A DNA stretch of 64,000 bases from Spirochaetes bacterium ADurb.BinA120 (GTDB taxonomy: Bacteria; Spirochaetota; UBA4802; UBA5368), in NCBI GenBank assembly GCA_002069125.1, contig MVZN01000001.1, positions 71,696 through 135,695 of the forward strand. Direction: 5' to 3'. The notes below the pieces were generated by a model, which did no database searches, was not told where the DNA came from, and worked only from the letters and a program-made list of their open reading frames with translations. Positions 48,819-59,177 of the stretch are shown in pieces; position 1 is the stretch's first letter, and each line of letters opens with the position of its first letter. Made by a program: the position numbers and the translations under genes.

Positions 48819-50801
48819 CTCATAGATTTTAACCGGGAGCTCTTTACCCTTCACCCGGATTAGATCGAGCTCGCGCGCGACGATGTGGTCCTTTACGTAT
48901 TCGTAGGTTGCCTCGCTGATGATGATGTTGGTGCCATACACCTTGTTGGTCCCTTCGAGGCGCGCGCCGAGGTTGACGTTGTCCCCCATCAGGGTGTAGT
49001 CCATGCGCGACGAGGAGCCCATGTTCCCCACCACCATGTCGCCGGTGTTGAGACCTATGCCGATGTGGAGCTCCGGTTTGCCCTCCGCAACCCATTTCCT
49101 GTTGAGCTCGCCCAGCACCCTCATCATTTCGACGGACGCCCGCGCGGCCAGCACCGCGTGGTCCTCCTGCGGGATGGGCGCGCCCCAGAAGGCCATGATC
49201 TCATCACCGACATATTTGTCCAGTGTGCCCAGGTATTTGAACACTATGTCAGTCATGGCCTGGAGATACTCGTTGAGATGTTCGACAAGGGCCTCTGGCG
49301 TAAGGCGCTCGGATATGGTTGTGAATCCGCGGATGTCGGAAAAAAGCACCGTGAGTATCTTTTTCTCTCCACCCAGTTTCAGCTTGTCCGGGTCTTTGAG
49401 GAGCTCGTCCACCACGGATTTGGATACGAATTTTGAGAAGGTTTGCCGGATGTACTTCTTCTCGCGTTGTTCGGTCAATACACGATATACGGTTATCATG
49501 GTGAAGGTCCCGCCAATCTGTATGATCGGGGTGGCGAAAATGCACAATAGATTCATAGTATCGAACAGCAGGTACGCGGCGATTATATATGCAAGGCCGA
49601 GGCCGGTGGAAAACAGAATCGACATAAGGATGGAGACCCTCGGCAACAGAAGCCCGATAATGATCGCTATAACGAGAAGAACGATGATGTTCTCCCATTC
49701 GGTGAACTTGATGATGAAATCCTGGTTGAGGATGGTGTTGAGCGCGTTGGCGTGATGTTCGATCCCGAAAAGGTCGCCGTATGGGGACTTGTGAATATCG
49801 GTGGATATTCCCGTCACCGAGTAGGCCGCGACGAAGATGATCTTGTCTTCGAGGGACCGGTTGGTTATTTTGCCGTCGTTATAAAAATAATAATATGGGT
49901 AGTTCTGGAAGCTTCCCGGGCCGCCGATAAAGTTGATGTCCATAAAGCCCTCTTTATCGATCGGGATGCGGATTTCCCGCCCGGGATTAGGCTTCTTCAT
50001 TTTTTCCGCCGGCAGGTTCATCAGGCGGACGTATTTACCCATTTTTATCTCCACGTCCCTGGCGGCGATTCCGAAGTAACGCATCGTAAGCACCAGGTCG
50101 ATCGAGGGATAGTAGTAGCCCTTGTGCTTTATTACTACCGGCAGTTTGCGGTTGACGCTGTCGGGGTCGGGGCGTATGTTCGCGTATCCGATCCCCATGG
50201 CGGCCGAGGCAAGCTTAGGAGTGGGAGGAACGGCCTCTTCGGCCCATTCGTAGCTCGTGTCCGATGGGTCCACGGGGAAGCGCACGCGGTTGAGGACCGA
50301 CATGCGCTCTTCTGTGTCCGCATATTTGACATCAACCTCCTCGGTTTCGAAAGGGAAGTCCAGAAAGACTTGCCCGGCCTCGCGTATGGCGTCTGCCAAC
50401 TCCTGTTCTTTTTTCTTGTGGTCGAGAAACATTATATCGAAAAAAATCGCCCTGGGGTTTCCGGTCGCCACGTATCGGGTAAACTTCGCGTGGATGTCCC
50501 AGGGGAAGGGCCAGTGTATCTTATGGCCGGTGAATTCGCGGATGGTGTTCTCGTCTATGCCGAGAATGATGATGTCGTCGCGTGAGCGCGGGTTTTTCTT
50601 CGTAACGCGGACGCCTTCCTGCAGCTTTTTGGCCTTTTCGGAAGGATCTCTAAGAAAGAAACGGAAGTTGACCGCCCCGTTTTCGAGGCCATCCAGAATG
50701 CGCGTCTGTGTATAAACGAAGGCAAGGACGAGGAAAAGGGATATGGAAATGATGAAGGCTATGATATGGTTTTTGTGCTCCTGAATGAACTTGTTGTTCA
50801 T
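48795..50801 (-). CDS. adenylate/guanylate cyclase (class III) with periplasmic CHASE2 sensor and TM region
   Basis: CHASE2 N-terminal region, 3-4 TM helices, cyclase motifs (LFSDIRGFTTISE, YVGDEIMAFWG, GDNVNLGARLE). Confidence 0.85.
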   Translation of the reverse strand: MNNKFIQEHKNHIIAFIISISLFLVLAFVYTQTRILDGLENGAVNFRFFLRDPSEKAKKLQEGVRVTKKNPRSRDDIIILGIDENTIREFTGHKIHWPFPWDIHAKFTRYVATGNPRAIFFDIMFLDHKKKEQELADAIREAGQVFLDFPFETEEVDVKYADTEERMSVLNRVRFPVDPSDTSYEWAEEAVPPTPKLASAAMGIGYANIRPDPDSVNRKLPVVIKHKGYYYPSIDLVLTMRYFGIAARDVEIKMGKYVRLMNLPAEKMKKPNPGREIRIPIDKEGFMDINFIGGPGSFQNYPYYYFYNDGKITNRSLEDKIIFVAAYSVTGISTDIHKSPYGDLFGIEHHANALNTILNQDFIIKFTEWENIIVLLVIAIIIGLLLPRVSILMSILFSTGLGLAYIIAAYLLFDTMNLLCIFATPIIQIGGTFTMITVYRVLTEQREKKYIRQTFSKFVSKSVVDELLKDPDKLKLGGEKKILTVLFSDIRGFTTISERLTPEALVEHLNEYLQAMTDIVFKYLGTLDKYVGDEIMAFWGAPIPQEDHAVLAARASVEMMRVLGELNRKWVAEGKPELHIGIGLNTGDMVVGNMGSSSRMDYTLMGDNVNLGARLEGTNKVYGTNIIISEATYEYVKDHIVARELDLIRVKGKELPVKIYELIDMKEG

Positions 50802-50953
50802 ACGATGCCCCTTGATTTATATTCGGAATAAAGAAGAGTTGCCACAAATGCTCGCCGGAATTATCCGGTTTTTCAAGTAATTTATTAAAGTGTTGACAAA
50901 ATATTTCCACGGCGGGGAGATTTTATCCCTATATAAGTCTGCGAGGTGCCCAA

Positions 50954-52621
50954 TTGAACGTTAAAGACAGGATCGCCGAGGTGGTGGAATCGGCGCTACG
51001 CAGTGCCGCGGCCGATGGCGTCCTTGGCCCGGTGGACCTTCCGTCCGCAAAAATCGAATATCCACGCGAGGAAAAACATGGAGACTATTCCACGCCTGTT
51101 GCGCTGGAATCCGCCCGTGTTTTAAAGAAGTCCCCACTCGAAATAGGCGCGGTGCTCAAGCCGTATATAGAACGAAGCGAGCTGGCCGATTCCGTCGAGG
51201 TCGTAAAGCCCGGGTTTATAAACATATTTCTTTCACCGGAATTTTTGTTCAGCCGGATGGAAGATGTCTTGGGCGAGGGCGACAGCTACGGCAGGCAGGC
51301 AAAGCCAATCCCCAGGCGCGTCAATATAGAGTTTGTGTCGGCGAATCCGACCGGGCCGCTCAATATCGTATCGGCGCGCGCGGCGGCCGTAGGGGACACT
51401 CTGGCCAACCTTCTCGAGGCCTGCGGCGATATTGTGGAGCGGGAATTCTACGTCAACGATTTCGGAAACCAGGTCATTCTGCTTGGACGCTCTGTGCTGT
51501 GCAGGTATCGAGAACTCGAAGGGATTGAGATGGAGTTTCCCGAAGACGGTTATCACGGAGAGTACGTGCGCGACATAGCGGCGCATATCCGCGACAACTA
51601 CGAACGGGAAGTAAACGCCATCGCGAGCGAGGAGGCGCTCATCGATTTCATGGCCGGCAGGGCCGTGGAGTACAATGTGAGCGGGCAGAAACGGGACCTC
51701 GAACGTTTCAATGTCAACTTCCAACGCTGGTTCCGGGAGAGTGTACTTCACGCCGATGAAAGCGTCGAGGAAACCTTGCGGACGCTCGTAGAGCTCGGAG
51801 TGATTTACGAGGAGGAGGGTAAAAAGGTTTTCCGCTCCACGGATTTCGGGGACGATAAAGACCGTGTCGTGGTTCGCGATGACGGTAGACCGACGTACCT
51901 GCTTGCCGATATATCGTATCACCGGAACAAGAAGGAGCGCGGCTACGACCTCATCGTGGATATATGGGGGCCGGACCATCACGGATATATCTCCCGTCTT
52001 GCAGGCGCCATGAAGGCCCTGGGCTGCCCCGATGAGGCCTTCAGGGTGCTGATCGCACAGCAGGTAAACCTGGTGATGGATGGCGAGATGGTGAAGATGT
52101 CCAAGCGCCTTGGAAGGTTCTCCACCATGAGAGAACTCATCGATGAGATAGGTATCGACGTGGCCAGGTATTTTTTCATAATGCGCTCCATGGAAAGCCA
52201 TCTCGATTTCGACCTTGCGCTGGCAAAACGGCAGAGCTCGGAAAACCCTGTGTTCTATCTCCAGTATGCGCACGCAAGGATATGCTCCATTTTCCGGGAG
52301 GCGGAAAAGCGCGGATTCGCGTACGATGCCGCTGGAAGGGACGCCTCCCGGCTGCGGAACCCGGAGGCGCTTGCGCTCCTGAAGCTGCTGGCGCGCTTTC
52401 CGGAGGAGATCGCGGACGCGGCCGCCGCCTTCGAGCCGCACCGGATAGCCTCCTTCCTCATGAGACTCGCCCAGGCGTATCACAGGTTCTATACGGAGCA
52501 CCGGGTGCTCGCGGAGGACCAGGTCGAGGCGAATTCGAACCTGGCGCTGTGCGACTGCGTACGGATCGTTATGAAAAACGGACTGGGGCTTCTTGGGGTT
52601 TCCGCCCCGGAGAAGATGTAG
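50954..52621 (+). CDS. argS: arginine--tRNA ligase
   Basis: 555 aa, class I aaRS HIGH-like (ANPTGPLNI) and KMSK (KMSKRLG) motifs; TTG start. Confidence 0.95.
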   Translation: MNVKDRIAEVVESALRSAAADGVLGPVDLPSAKIEYPREEKHGDYSTPVALESARVLKKSPLEIGAVLKPYIERSELADSVEVVKPGFINIFLSPEFLFSRMEDVLGEGDSYGRQAKPIPRRVNIEFVSANPTGPLNIVSARAAAVGDTLANLLEACGDIVEREFYVNDFGNQVILLGRSVLCRYRELEGIEMEFPEDGYHGEYVRDIAAHIRDNYEREVNAIASEEALIDFMAGRAVEYNVSGQKRDLERFNVNFQRWFRESVLHADESVEETLRTLVELGVIYEEEGKKVFRSTDFGDDKDRVVVRDDGRPTYLLADISYHRNKKERGYDLIVDIWGPDHHGYISRLAGAMKALGCPDEAFRVLIAQQVNLVMDGEMVKMSKRLGRFSTMRELIDEIGIDVARYFFIMRSMESHLDFDLALAKRQSSENPVFYLQYAHARICSIFREAEKRGFAYDAAGRDASRLRNPEALALLKLLARFPEEIADAAAAFEPHRIASFLMRLAQAYHRFYTEHRVLAEDQVEANSNLALCDCVRIVMKNGLGLLGVSAPEKM

Positions 52622-52630
52622 AGGGCGGCG

Positions 52631-53863
52631 TTGAAGCGCGTTTCAATAGTATCCACTGGAAGCGAACTCGTACACGGCCATATCGCGGACGCTAACGCGC
52701 CGTTTATAAGCGCCCGGCTTTTCCCCACCGCGTTTGTCGTTGTCGCACACCACACGGTCGGCGATGTCCCGGGCGATCTTCGCCGGGTCATTCTCTCCGC
52801 TCTGGACGAGGCGGACATCGTAATACTTACAGGAGGTCTCGGGCCGACCGAGGATGACTTAAGCGTGGAAGTTGTCGGCGGGATTTTCGAGGCCGTGCCG
52901 GAAGTCAACCAGGCGGCCCTGGAACGAGCGAAAGCGTTTTTTGGCGCGATGGGGCGGGAGATGCTTCCCGGAGACATCAAGATGGTGTCGGTTCCCCGGG
53001 GTGCGAGGATCTTAGAGAACGAAGTGGGGCTTGCCCCAGGATTTTCCCTTGAGCGGCATGGCAAGGTTTTAATCGCGCTTCCGGGAGTTCCTCATGAAAT
53101 GAGGCCGATGTTTCAAAACAGGGTCGAGCCGTACCTGTTCTCGCTGTTCCCAGACGGAGGGAGGGACTCCCTCACCCTGCGAGTGGTGCTGATGCGCGAG
53201 GCGGAAGTGAACGATCTGGTGGCCGGCATGAACATCCCTTTCGATTCAATCGAATGGGGAATTACCACCTCCCCCGGGATGAACACCGTCCGATTCGTGG
53301 CTCGAGGCTCTGACCCGATCCCCTCTGAATCCATAATGAGGCAGGCGGCCCGGTTGTTCGGAGAAAGGATGCTCCATCCATCATCTCTCACTCTCGAGGA
53401 TGAGATCGTTCGACTTCTCGGCGAAAGGGGTCTCTCGCTCGCTCTGGCCGAGTCATGTACCGGGGGGCTTGTGGCGAAAAGGATCACCGACGTGCCGGGA
53501 GCTTCCCTTGTTTTCCGGGGAGGGGTGGTGGCCTATTCAAACGATGTAAAAAGTAATGTTCTTGATGTTTCGCGTGAAGTACTGGATACTTTCGGCGCCG
53601 TGAGCGAACCGACGGCGCTCGCGATGGCAAGGGGCGCGCTTCGGGTTTTACGCGCGGACATCGCGGCAGCGGTGACAGGCATTGCCGGGCCCGGGGGTGG
53701 AACGGAGACAAAACCGGTGGGCACGGTGTGCTTCGCGTTCGCCGGAATGACGGCGGATCGGGCGTTCACAAGGACCATACCCGGCGCCAGGGAGAGGGTT
53801 CGGATGTTATCGTCACAGTACGTGCTGGATGGAATCCGAAAGTTCATACACTCGATGAAATGA
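52631..53863 (+). CDS. cinA: competence/damage-inducible protein CinA (MocF-like plus nicotinamide-nucleotide amidohydrolase domains)
   Basis: 410 aa two-domain CinA architecture; TTG start. Confidence 0.88.
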   Translation: MKRVSIVSTGSELVHGHIADANAPFISARLFPTAFVVVAHHTVGDVPGDLRRVILSALDEADIVILTGGLGPTEDDLSVEVVGGIFEAVPEVNQAALERAKAFFGAMGREMLPGDIKMVSVPRGARILENEVGLAPGFSLERHGKVLIALPGVPHEMRPMFQNRVEPYLFSLFPDGGRDSLTLRVVLMREAEVNDLVAGMNIPFDSIEWGITTSPGMNTVRFVARGSDPIPSESIMRQAARLFGERMLHPSSLTLEDEIVRLLGERGLSLALAESCTGGLVAKRITDVPGASLVFRGGVVAYSNDVKSNVLDVSREVLDTFGAVSEPTALAMARGALRVLRADIAAAVTGIAGPGGGTETKPVGTVCFAFAGMTADRAFTRTIPGARERVRMLSSQYVLDGIRKFIHSMK

Positions 53864-56697
53864 AATCATTCCGCTTTTCAATTGTAATAACGGTGGCGCT
53901 CTTCACGATATGGGGATCGAGCGCTTACGCCATGGGCGCACAGGCCCTCTACGAGCAGGGCACCGAGGCGTTCAGGACCGGAAATTACGGTTCCTCCGAG
54001 CTTCTGTTCAGAAAGATAATCGATTCGGGTGATGGGATTGAGTACCGCGACCGCGCCTGGTACTACCTGGCCCTTTCGATCTTCAATCAGAAGAAATACA
54101 AAGACGCGATATTCGAGTTCAACCGCTTCCTGCTCATCTGCACGGCGCAGGACCTGTGCCATGAGTCCCGCTACTGGATAGCGGAATCCAATTATTATCT
54201 GAAAAATTACATCCGCGCCATCGAGGAGTTCAAGCGGTTCATCTCCCAGAGTCGCAACGAGATGCTTACAGTGGCGGCCCTGGACAGGATAGGCGAGATA
54301 TACTTCCAACAGGCGCGATACGACGAGGCGGTAATTGAATGGAAGGAGGCCATCAACCAAAATTCCGATGTCTCCCGAAACGCCCAGCGGGTCGTGTGGA
54401 TAGGCAGGGCGCTCTTTCTAAACGAAGATTATGACCAGGCGCAGAAACTACTCGAGTCGCTGATAAGCTCGAAAACTGACAGGGCCGGTGACGCCCAGGC
54501 CCGGATGATAATAGGAAGGATTTACCAGTTAAAGGGAAGACACCGCGACGCGCTAAGGGCGTTTTACGGCATACCGGAGACAATGCTCAGGGAATCGCCC
54601 TACTGTGACGCTCAGTATTTCAAGGCGATGTCCTCCATTGCCCTGGGAGACACGTATTCCGCGAAATCCTTCCTCGAATCCTTTCTGCTAATCGGAAAGT
54701 CTTCGGAATGGTATTACCACGCCAAATACGAGCTCGGAAACATTCTCATCAGGCAGAATAACGAAAAGGAGGGCATAGAGCTGCTCGAAGAGGTGCGCAG
54801 CTCGACACGCATAATGGCCCTGCGAAGCCGAGCGGCGCTCGTACTGAGCGGTATTTACCTCAAGAGGGATCCAGCCGAGGCCATACCCTACCTGGAGGAC
54901 GCGGTTTCGCTGCCCGACCAGGAGGAGCAACGGGGGGCGCTATCCCTTCTGGCCAGGGTTTATGTGGATGTAAAGCGTTATGAGGACGCCGAAAGGATAC
55001 TCTCGCTTCTCATCAACACCTATCCCGAAAATGAGGGGAATGACCAGGTCCAGTTCCTCATCGCGAGGGTCGCGCTGGAACGCAACGATCCCGAGGCGGC
55101 CATTAACGGATTCAATAAAATAAGGGCGATCAACCCCTCATCGCCATATCTCAGGGAGGCCGTTTATTATCTCGGGATGGCGCACGCGTTGAAAAATGAA
55201 TATATACAGGCGGTCGAGCTTCTAAACCGGTACGTATCGTCGGCGGGTGCCGAAAAAAGATACGATGCCCTGGTGCGGCTTCTTGAGTTATACACCGGAG
55301 CCTCTGATCTTAAAAACGCTGAGAAAACGGCGCAGATCCTGCAATCCGCGCATGCGCGCCATCCCGGAGTGGAGAGCGTGTTATATGATTTCGCACAGGA
55401 GCTCGGCCGAAAGGGCGGTAACAACGCCCGCTATCTTCAGTCTATCGTCGGCAATTATCCGCGTTCGGAGAGCGCCGGCAGGATCCTTTTTTTATGGGCG
55501 GGCGCGGGCTTTGCCGCGGGCGATTACGCGCGTGCCGAGCAGTTTTACCGGCAGTATCTCTCGGTACAGGGCCGGGAGATGGCGCAGGAGGCCCTTCTGG
55601 GCCGGGTGGAATGTCTGTTCCATCTGAAACGCTTTCGCGAGATCATCGTTCTCGCCACGGACGAATCGCGCCCCGAGCTGGATGACGCCAGAGCCGCGAG
55701 CATGGCGCTGTATCTCGCGCGTGCATACTATTTGGAAAAGAACCCGGAAATGGCGTACCGCACGCTGTCGGCACTGCCGGCCACGGCGCTGGAGGAAGGC
55801 GATATGCTGATTTTGGCGAAAGGGGCATTAAAAGCCGGCGATATATGGACTGCGCAGGCCGTACCTGCCCGGCTTGTCGCGGGATCGGAAGCCTATGCAG
55901 AATCGCTGTTTATTCTTGGAATATATTATTCCGCCGAAGGCAGGGAGGAGATTTCGATCGATTATTTCTCGAAGCTCGCGGCGGAATGCCCCGACTCGGC
56001 GATCATAGACGACGCAAGGATCGAAATGGCCGGTCTTTACGCAAACGGCCGCAGATACGGGGAGGCGCTTGAGGTTCTCGACCGAATGTCGGCGGCAAAA
56101 CACGCGGACCGGGCGCTTATCCTTAGAATAACGGCCCTGTTCCGAACGGGCAAGATTGAAAAAGCCGTCGAGATGACGAATTCTGGAATTCGAAGCATCC
56201 TGAAATATCCAGCAGGCGAAACGGTCGTAAAAGAGGCGCTTTTTTACTATTATCTAAAGGGCGATCCGGTAAATTTCGCCCTGTACTCGACTTATTTAAA
56301 GAGGTACTCGGGCAACGACCCGCTTCTCAACTATCTGTCCGGGAAGATGTATTTCGAACGGCAGCAGTACAATCAGTCCAGTTATTATTTCGGGAGGCTT
56401 GCCGCGAATGAAAGCCAATACAGGGAGGAGGCTTTGTTTTTTCTGGGAATTATTAGCATGACCTATCATAAAAACGCGCGCATTGCGGCCGGCCATTTTC
56501 AGCGATTGATCGACACCTCCGATCCCGACAACCAATTCGCGATGAAGGCGAGGATCAATCTGGCGATATTGATGAACGAAAGCGCAAATTATACGAAGGC
56601 CGAAGAGTTGCTCAGAGAGGTCGAATCGGGGCCCGAAAACGCGGCAATCAAGGTCCAGGCGGAGAATCTTTCGGAGTATTATAATTTCAGAAAGTAA
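53860..56697 (+). CDS. large secreted tetratricopeptide-repeat (TPR) protein
   Basis: ATG at 53860 overlaps cinA stop (ATGA), signal peptide, ~900 aa of TPR-like helical repeats (track ORF opens at 53728 inside cinA). Confidence 0.8.
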   Translation: MKSFRFSIVITVALFTIWGSSAYAMGAQALYEQGTEAFRTGNYGSSELLFRKIIDSGDGIEYRDRAWYYLALSIFNQKKYKDAIFEFNRFLLICTAQDLCHESRYWIAESNYYLKNYIRAIEEFKRFISQSRNEMLTVAALDRIGEIYFQQARYDEAVIEWKEAINQNSDVSRNAQRVVWIGRALFLNEDYDQAQKLLESLISSKTDRAGDAQARMIIGRIYQLKGRHRDALRAFYGIPETMLRESPYCDAQYFKAMSSIALGDTYSAKSFLESFLLIGKSSEWYYHAKYELGNILIRQNNEKEGIELLEEVRSSTRIMALRSRAALVLSGIYLKRDPAEAIPYLEDAVSLPDQEEQRGALSLLARVYVDVKRYEDAERILSLLINTYPENEGNDQVQFLIARVALERNDPEAAINGFNKIRAINPSSPYLREAVYYLGMAHALKNEYIQAVELLNRYVSSAGAEKRYDALVRLLELYTGASDLKNAEKTAQILQSAHARHPGVESVLYDFAQELGRKGGNNARYLQSIVGNYPRSESAGRILFLWAGAGFAAGDYARAEQFYRQYLSVQGREMAQEALLGRVECLFHLKRFREIIVLATDESRPELDDARAASMALYLARAYYLEKNPEMAYRTLSALPATALEEGDMLILAKGALKAGDIWTAQAVPARLVAGSEAYAESLFILGIYYSAEGREEISIDYFSKLAAECPDSAIIDDARIEMAGLYANGRRYGEALEVLDRMSAAKHADRALILRITALFRTGKIEKAVEMTNSGIRSILKYPAGETVVKEALFYYYLKGDPVNFALYSTYLKRYSGNDPLLNYLSGKMYFERQQYNQSSYYFGRLAANESQYREEALFFLGIISMTYHKNARIAAGHFQRLIDTSDPDNQFAMKARINLAILMNESANYTKAEELLREVESGPENAAIKVQAENLSEYYNFRK

Positions 56698-56801
56698 ACA
56701 GCCGGAGAAGCCGGGCCGATACCGGGAGCGGCCCTTCTAGATAGTGTGAGGAAACGGGACGGTCGTCCCGTCATGATTGCGAAAGCACAAGGGGAAACGA
56801 C

Positions 56802-57257
56802 ATGAAAAAGAGAAGGATCGCGGTCGTACATGGCCCCAATCTCAATATGCTGGGGAAACGCGAGGTCGGCATATACGGGAGGCTGACTCTCGATGAGTTG
56901 AACTCGTCAATAAAAACCGAAGCCGCGGCCGCAGGCGCGGACGTGGAATTCTTCCAGTCGAACGGGGAGGGCGAGATCATAGATTATATTCATGGAATAG
57001 GCCACCTCGACGGAATGATCATAAACCCGGGGGCATATACGCATACCTCGATCGCTCTGCGCGATGCGATAGCCGCCGTAAAAATTCCGGCGGTGGAGGT
57101 GCATCTGTCCAATATTCACTCCAGGGAGGAGTTCAGAAGGCAATCGATGATCGCTCCCGTGTGCGTCGGCCAGATCAGCGGGTTCGGCCCATACTCGTAT
57201 ATAGCGGGCCTCTTGGGGCTTCTCGACTTTCTTAAGGGGGCTTCCGGCGCCAAATGA
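56802..57257 (+). CDS. aroQ: type II 3-dehydroquinate dehydratase
   Basis: [17 protein letters not shown]-terminus. Confidence 0.92.
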   Translation: MKKRRIAVVHGPNLNMLGKREVGIYGRLTLDELNSSIKTEAAAAGADVEFFQSNGEGEIIDYIHGIGHLDGMIINPGAYTHTSIALRDAIAAVKIPAVEVHLSNIHSREEFRRQSMIAPVCVGQISGFGPYSYIAGLLGLLDFLKGASGAK

Positions 57258-58321
57258 AACTCGATAAACTGAGAAAGCGGCTCGAACGCGAGGAAAGGCT
57301 TCCCTTCCTGATTCTGGATCTTGTCAATATTCGATACCTCACCGGATTCGAGGGCTCCTCCGCCCTGCTGCTCATGACGAAAGACGGCGATTATTTCATA
57401 TCGGATTCCAGATACGAGGAATACGCGCGGTCCATCATTCCAGCGGACATGGAGTTTGTCCTGCTTAAGGGGCCATGCGAAAGGACGGTCGGAAGAATAC
57501 TGAAACGCAAACGCGTTAAAAGGCTGTTCGTGGAGGACCATAGCGCGACGCTCTTTCAGGCCGGCCTTCTCGCGAAGGCGATCGCGCCGGTCTCCCTATG
57601 CGAGGGCGGCAGCCCGGCCAATGAATTGAGGATGGAGAAGGGGCCACAGGAGATCGAGGCCATCCGCGCGGCGGTGGACCTGGCCGACAGTTGCTTTTCC
57701 CACCTTCTCTCGATCGTGAGGCCCGGGTTGATCGAATGGGACGTTTCAATTGAGATAGAATACTTCTACAGGAAAAATGGTTGCAGGAAATCTTCCTTTG
57801 ACTCAATTGTCGCGTCCGGGCCGGGGTCCTCCATGCCGCATTATATCACCTCCATGACCCGAAGGATCGAAAAGGGGGATGCGCTTCTCATCGACATGGG
57901 GTGCGAATTCAGGGGATATAATTCAGACTTGACAAGAACGATCTTCGTCAATAGCGTTGATGACGACCTTCGCAGGATATACGGAATTGTCCGGGACGCG
58001 CAGGAGCGTGCGATAGAGTTCGTCCGGCCGGGAGTACGATGCGGGGAACTCGACGCCGTCGCGCGCGGGCTGATTGCGGAGGCCGGATTCGGTAAGTTTT
58101 TCGGGCACTCGCTTGGACACGGCGTTGGCATGGAGGTCCACGAGCTCCCGGCAGTTAAAACCGGTAGCCGGACGAGGATAGGGAAGAATACGGTAATAAC
58201 GGTGGAACCGGGAATATATATCCCGGGCAGGGGCGGTGTTCGGATAGAGGATGTGGTGCTGGTCACCGACGGAGGCTCCGAAATACTGACGAAATCATCG
58301 AAAGACATTCATATACTGTGA
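57254..58321 (+). CDS. pepP: Xaa-Pro aminopeptidase (M24B)
   Basis: M24 metal ligands ([27 protein letters not shown]). Confidence 0.88.
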   Translation: MKLDKLRKRLEREERLPFLILDLVNIRYLTGFEGSSALLLMTKDGDYFISDSRYEEYARSIIPADMEFVLLKGPCERTVGRILKRKRVKRLFVEDHSATLFQAGLLAKAIAPVSLCEGGSPANELRMEKGPQEIEAIRAAVDLADSCFSHLLSIVRPGLIEWDVSIEIEYFYRKNGCRKSSFDSIVASGPGSSMPHYITSMTRRIEKGDALLIDMGCEFRGYNSDLTRTIFVNSVDDDLRRIYGIVRDAQERAIEFVRPGVRCGELDAVARGLIAEAGFGKFFGHSLGHGVGMEVHELPAVKTGSRTRIGKNTVITVEPGIYIPGRGGVRIEDVVLVTDGGSEILTKSSKDIHIL

Positions 58322-58331
58322 GGGGCGCTCC

Positions 58332-58895
58332 ATGATTACAAGCAACGATTTCAGGAGGGGAATGGTCATAAAGCTGGACGGGAACCTCTATTCCGTGGTG
58401 GAATACCAACATGTGAAACCGGCCCGCGGCGGGGCCTTTGTCCGAACCAAACTTCGTTCCCTGATGAGAGGCGCCATCGTCGATAAGACTTTCAGGGGGG
58501 GCGAGAAGGTGGAGGACGTTCGAATCGAAACGAAAAAGATGCAGTATCTATACGATGAAGGGGACTCGCTTGTATTCATGGATACCGAAAGCTACGAACA
58601 GGAGCCTGTGGCGAAATCATATGTCGGGAATATCCTGGATTACATCAAAGAGGGCGATACCGTCGATATATCCATTTATGAAGGTAAACCGATCAGCATC
58701 GAACCGCCCACATTCGTAAACTTGAAGGTCGTTTACGCGGAGCCCGGGCTAAAGGGCGATACAGCCACGAACGTAACCAAGCCGGTCAAGGTAGAGACTG
58801 GGGCGATGATCCATGTCCCGCTGTTCGTAAACGAATCCGACGTAATAAAAATCGATACCCGCACTGGTGATTACGTGGAAAGGGTCAAGCAGTGA
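58332..58895 (+). CDS. efp: elongation factor P
   Basis: 187 aa, KPARGGAFVRTKLR loop region. Confidence 0.95.
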   Translation: MITSNDFRRGMVIKLDGNLYSVVEYQHVKPARGGAFVRTKLRSLMRGAIVDKTFRGGEKVEDVRIETKKMQYLYDEGDSLVFMDTESYEQEPVAKSYVGNILDYIKEGDTVDISIYEGKPISIEPPTFVNLKVVYAEPGLKGDTATNVTKPVKVETGAMIHVPLFVNESDVIKIDTRTGDYVERVKQ

Positions 58896-59119
58896 TGAGC
58901 TTCCTGGGCGCCGCCGGCGAATGGATTAACAGAAACCCCGGAAAAGCGGCCGGCGCGTTCGCCGGATTTCTTTTCGGGGTTCTTCTCTTTACGATCGGGG
59001 TGTTAAAAACCGTATTAATCTTAATCTTCGTCCTGGTGGGCTATATAATCGGCAAGAGCAGGGACGACAATCTTTCAATAATTGAAGAGATAAACGAGCT
59101 GTTCCGCGGGAAGCGATAA
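58892..59119 (+). CDS. small integral membrane protein (~75 aa)
   Basis: ATGA-coupled to efp; two hydrophobic helices. Confidence 0.5.
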   Translation: MMSFLGAAGEWINRNPGKAAGAFAGFLFGVLLFTIGVLKTVLILIFVLVGYIIGKSRDDNLSIIEEINELFRGKR

Positions 59120-59177
59120 CTCGCGGCCGCATAGGACCGCGTGATCGCCGGCGAACCTGAATACCCGTTGGCATCGA

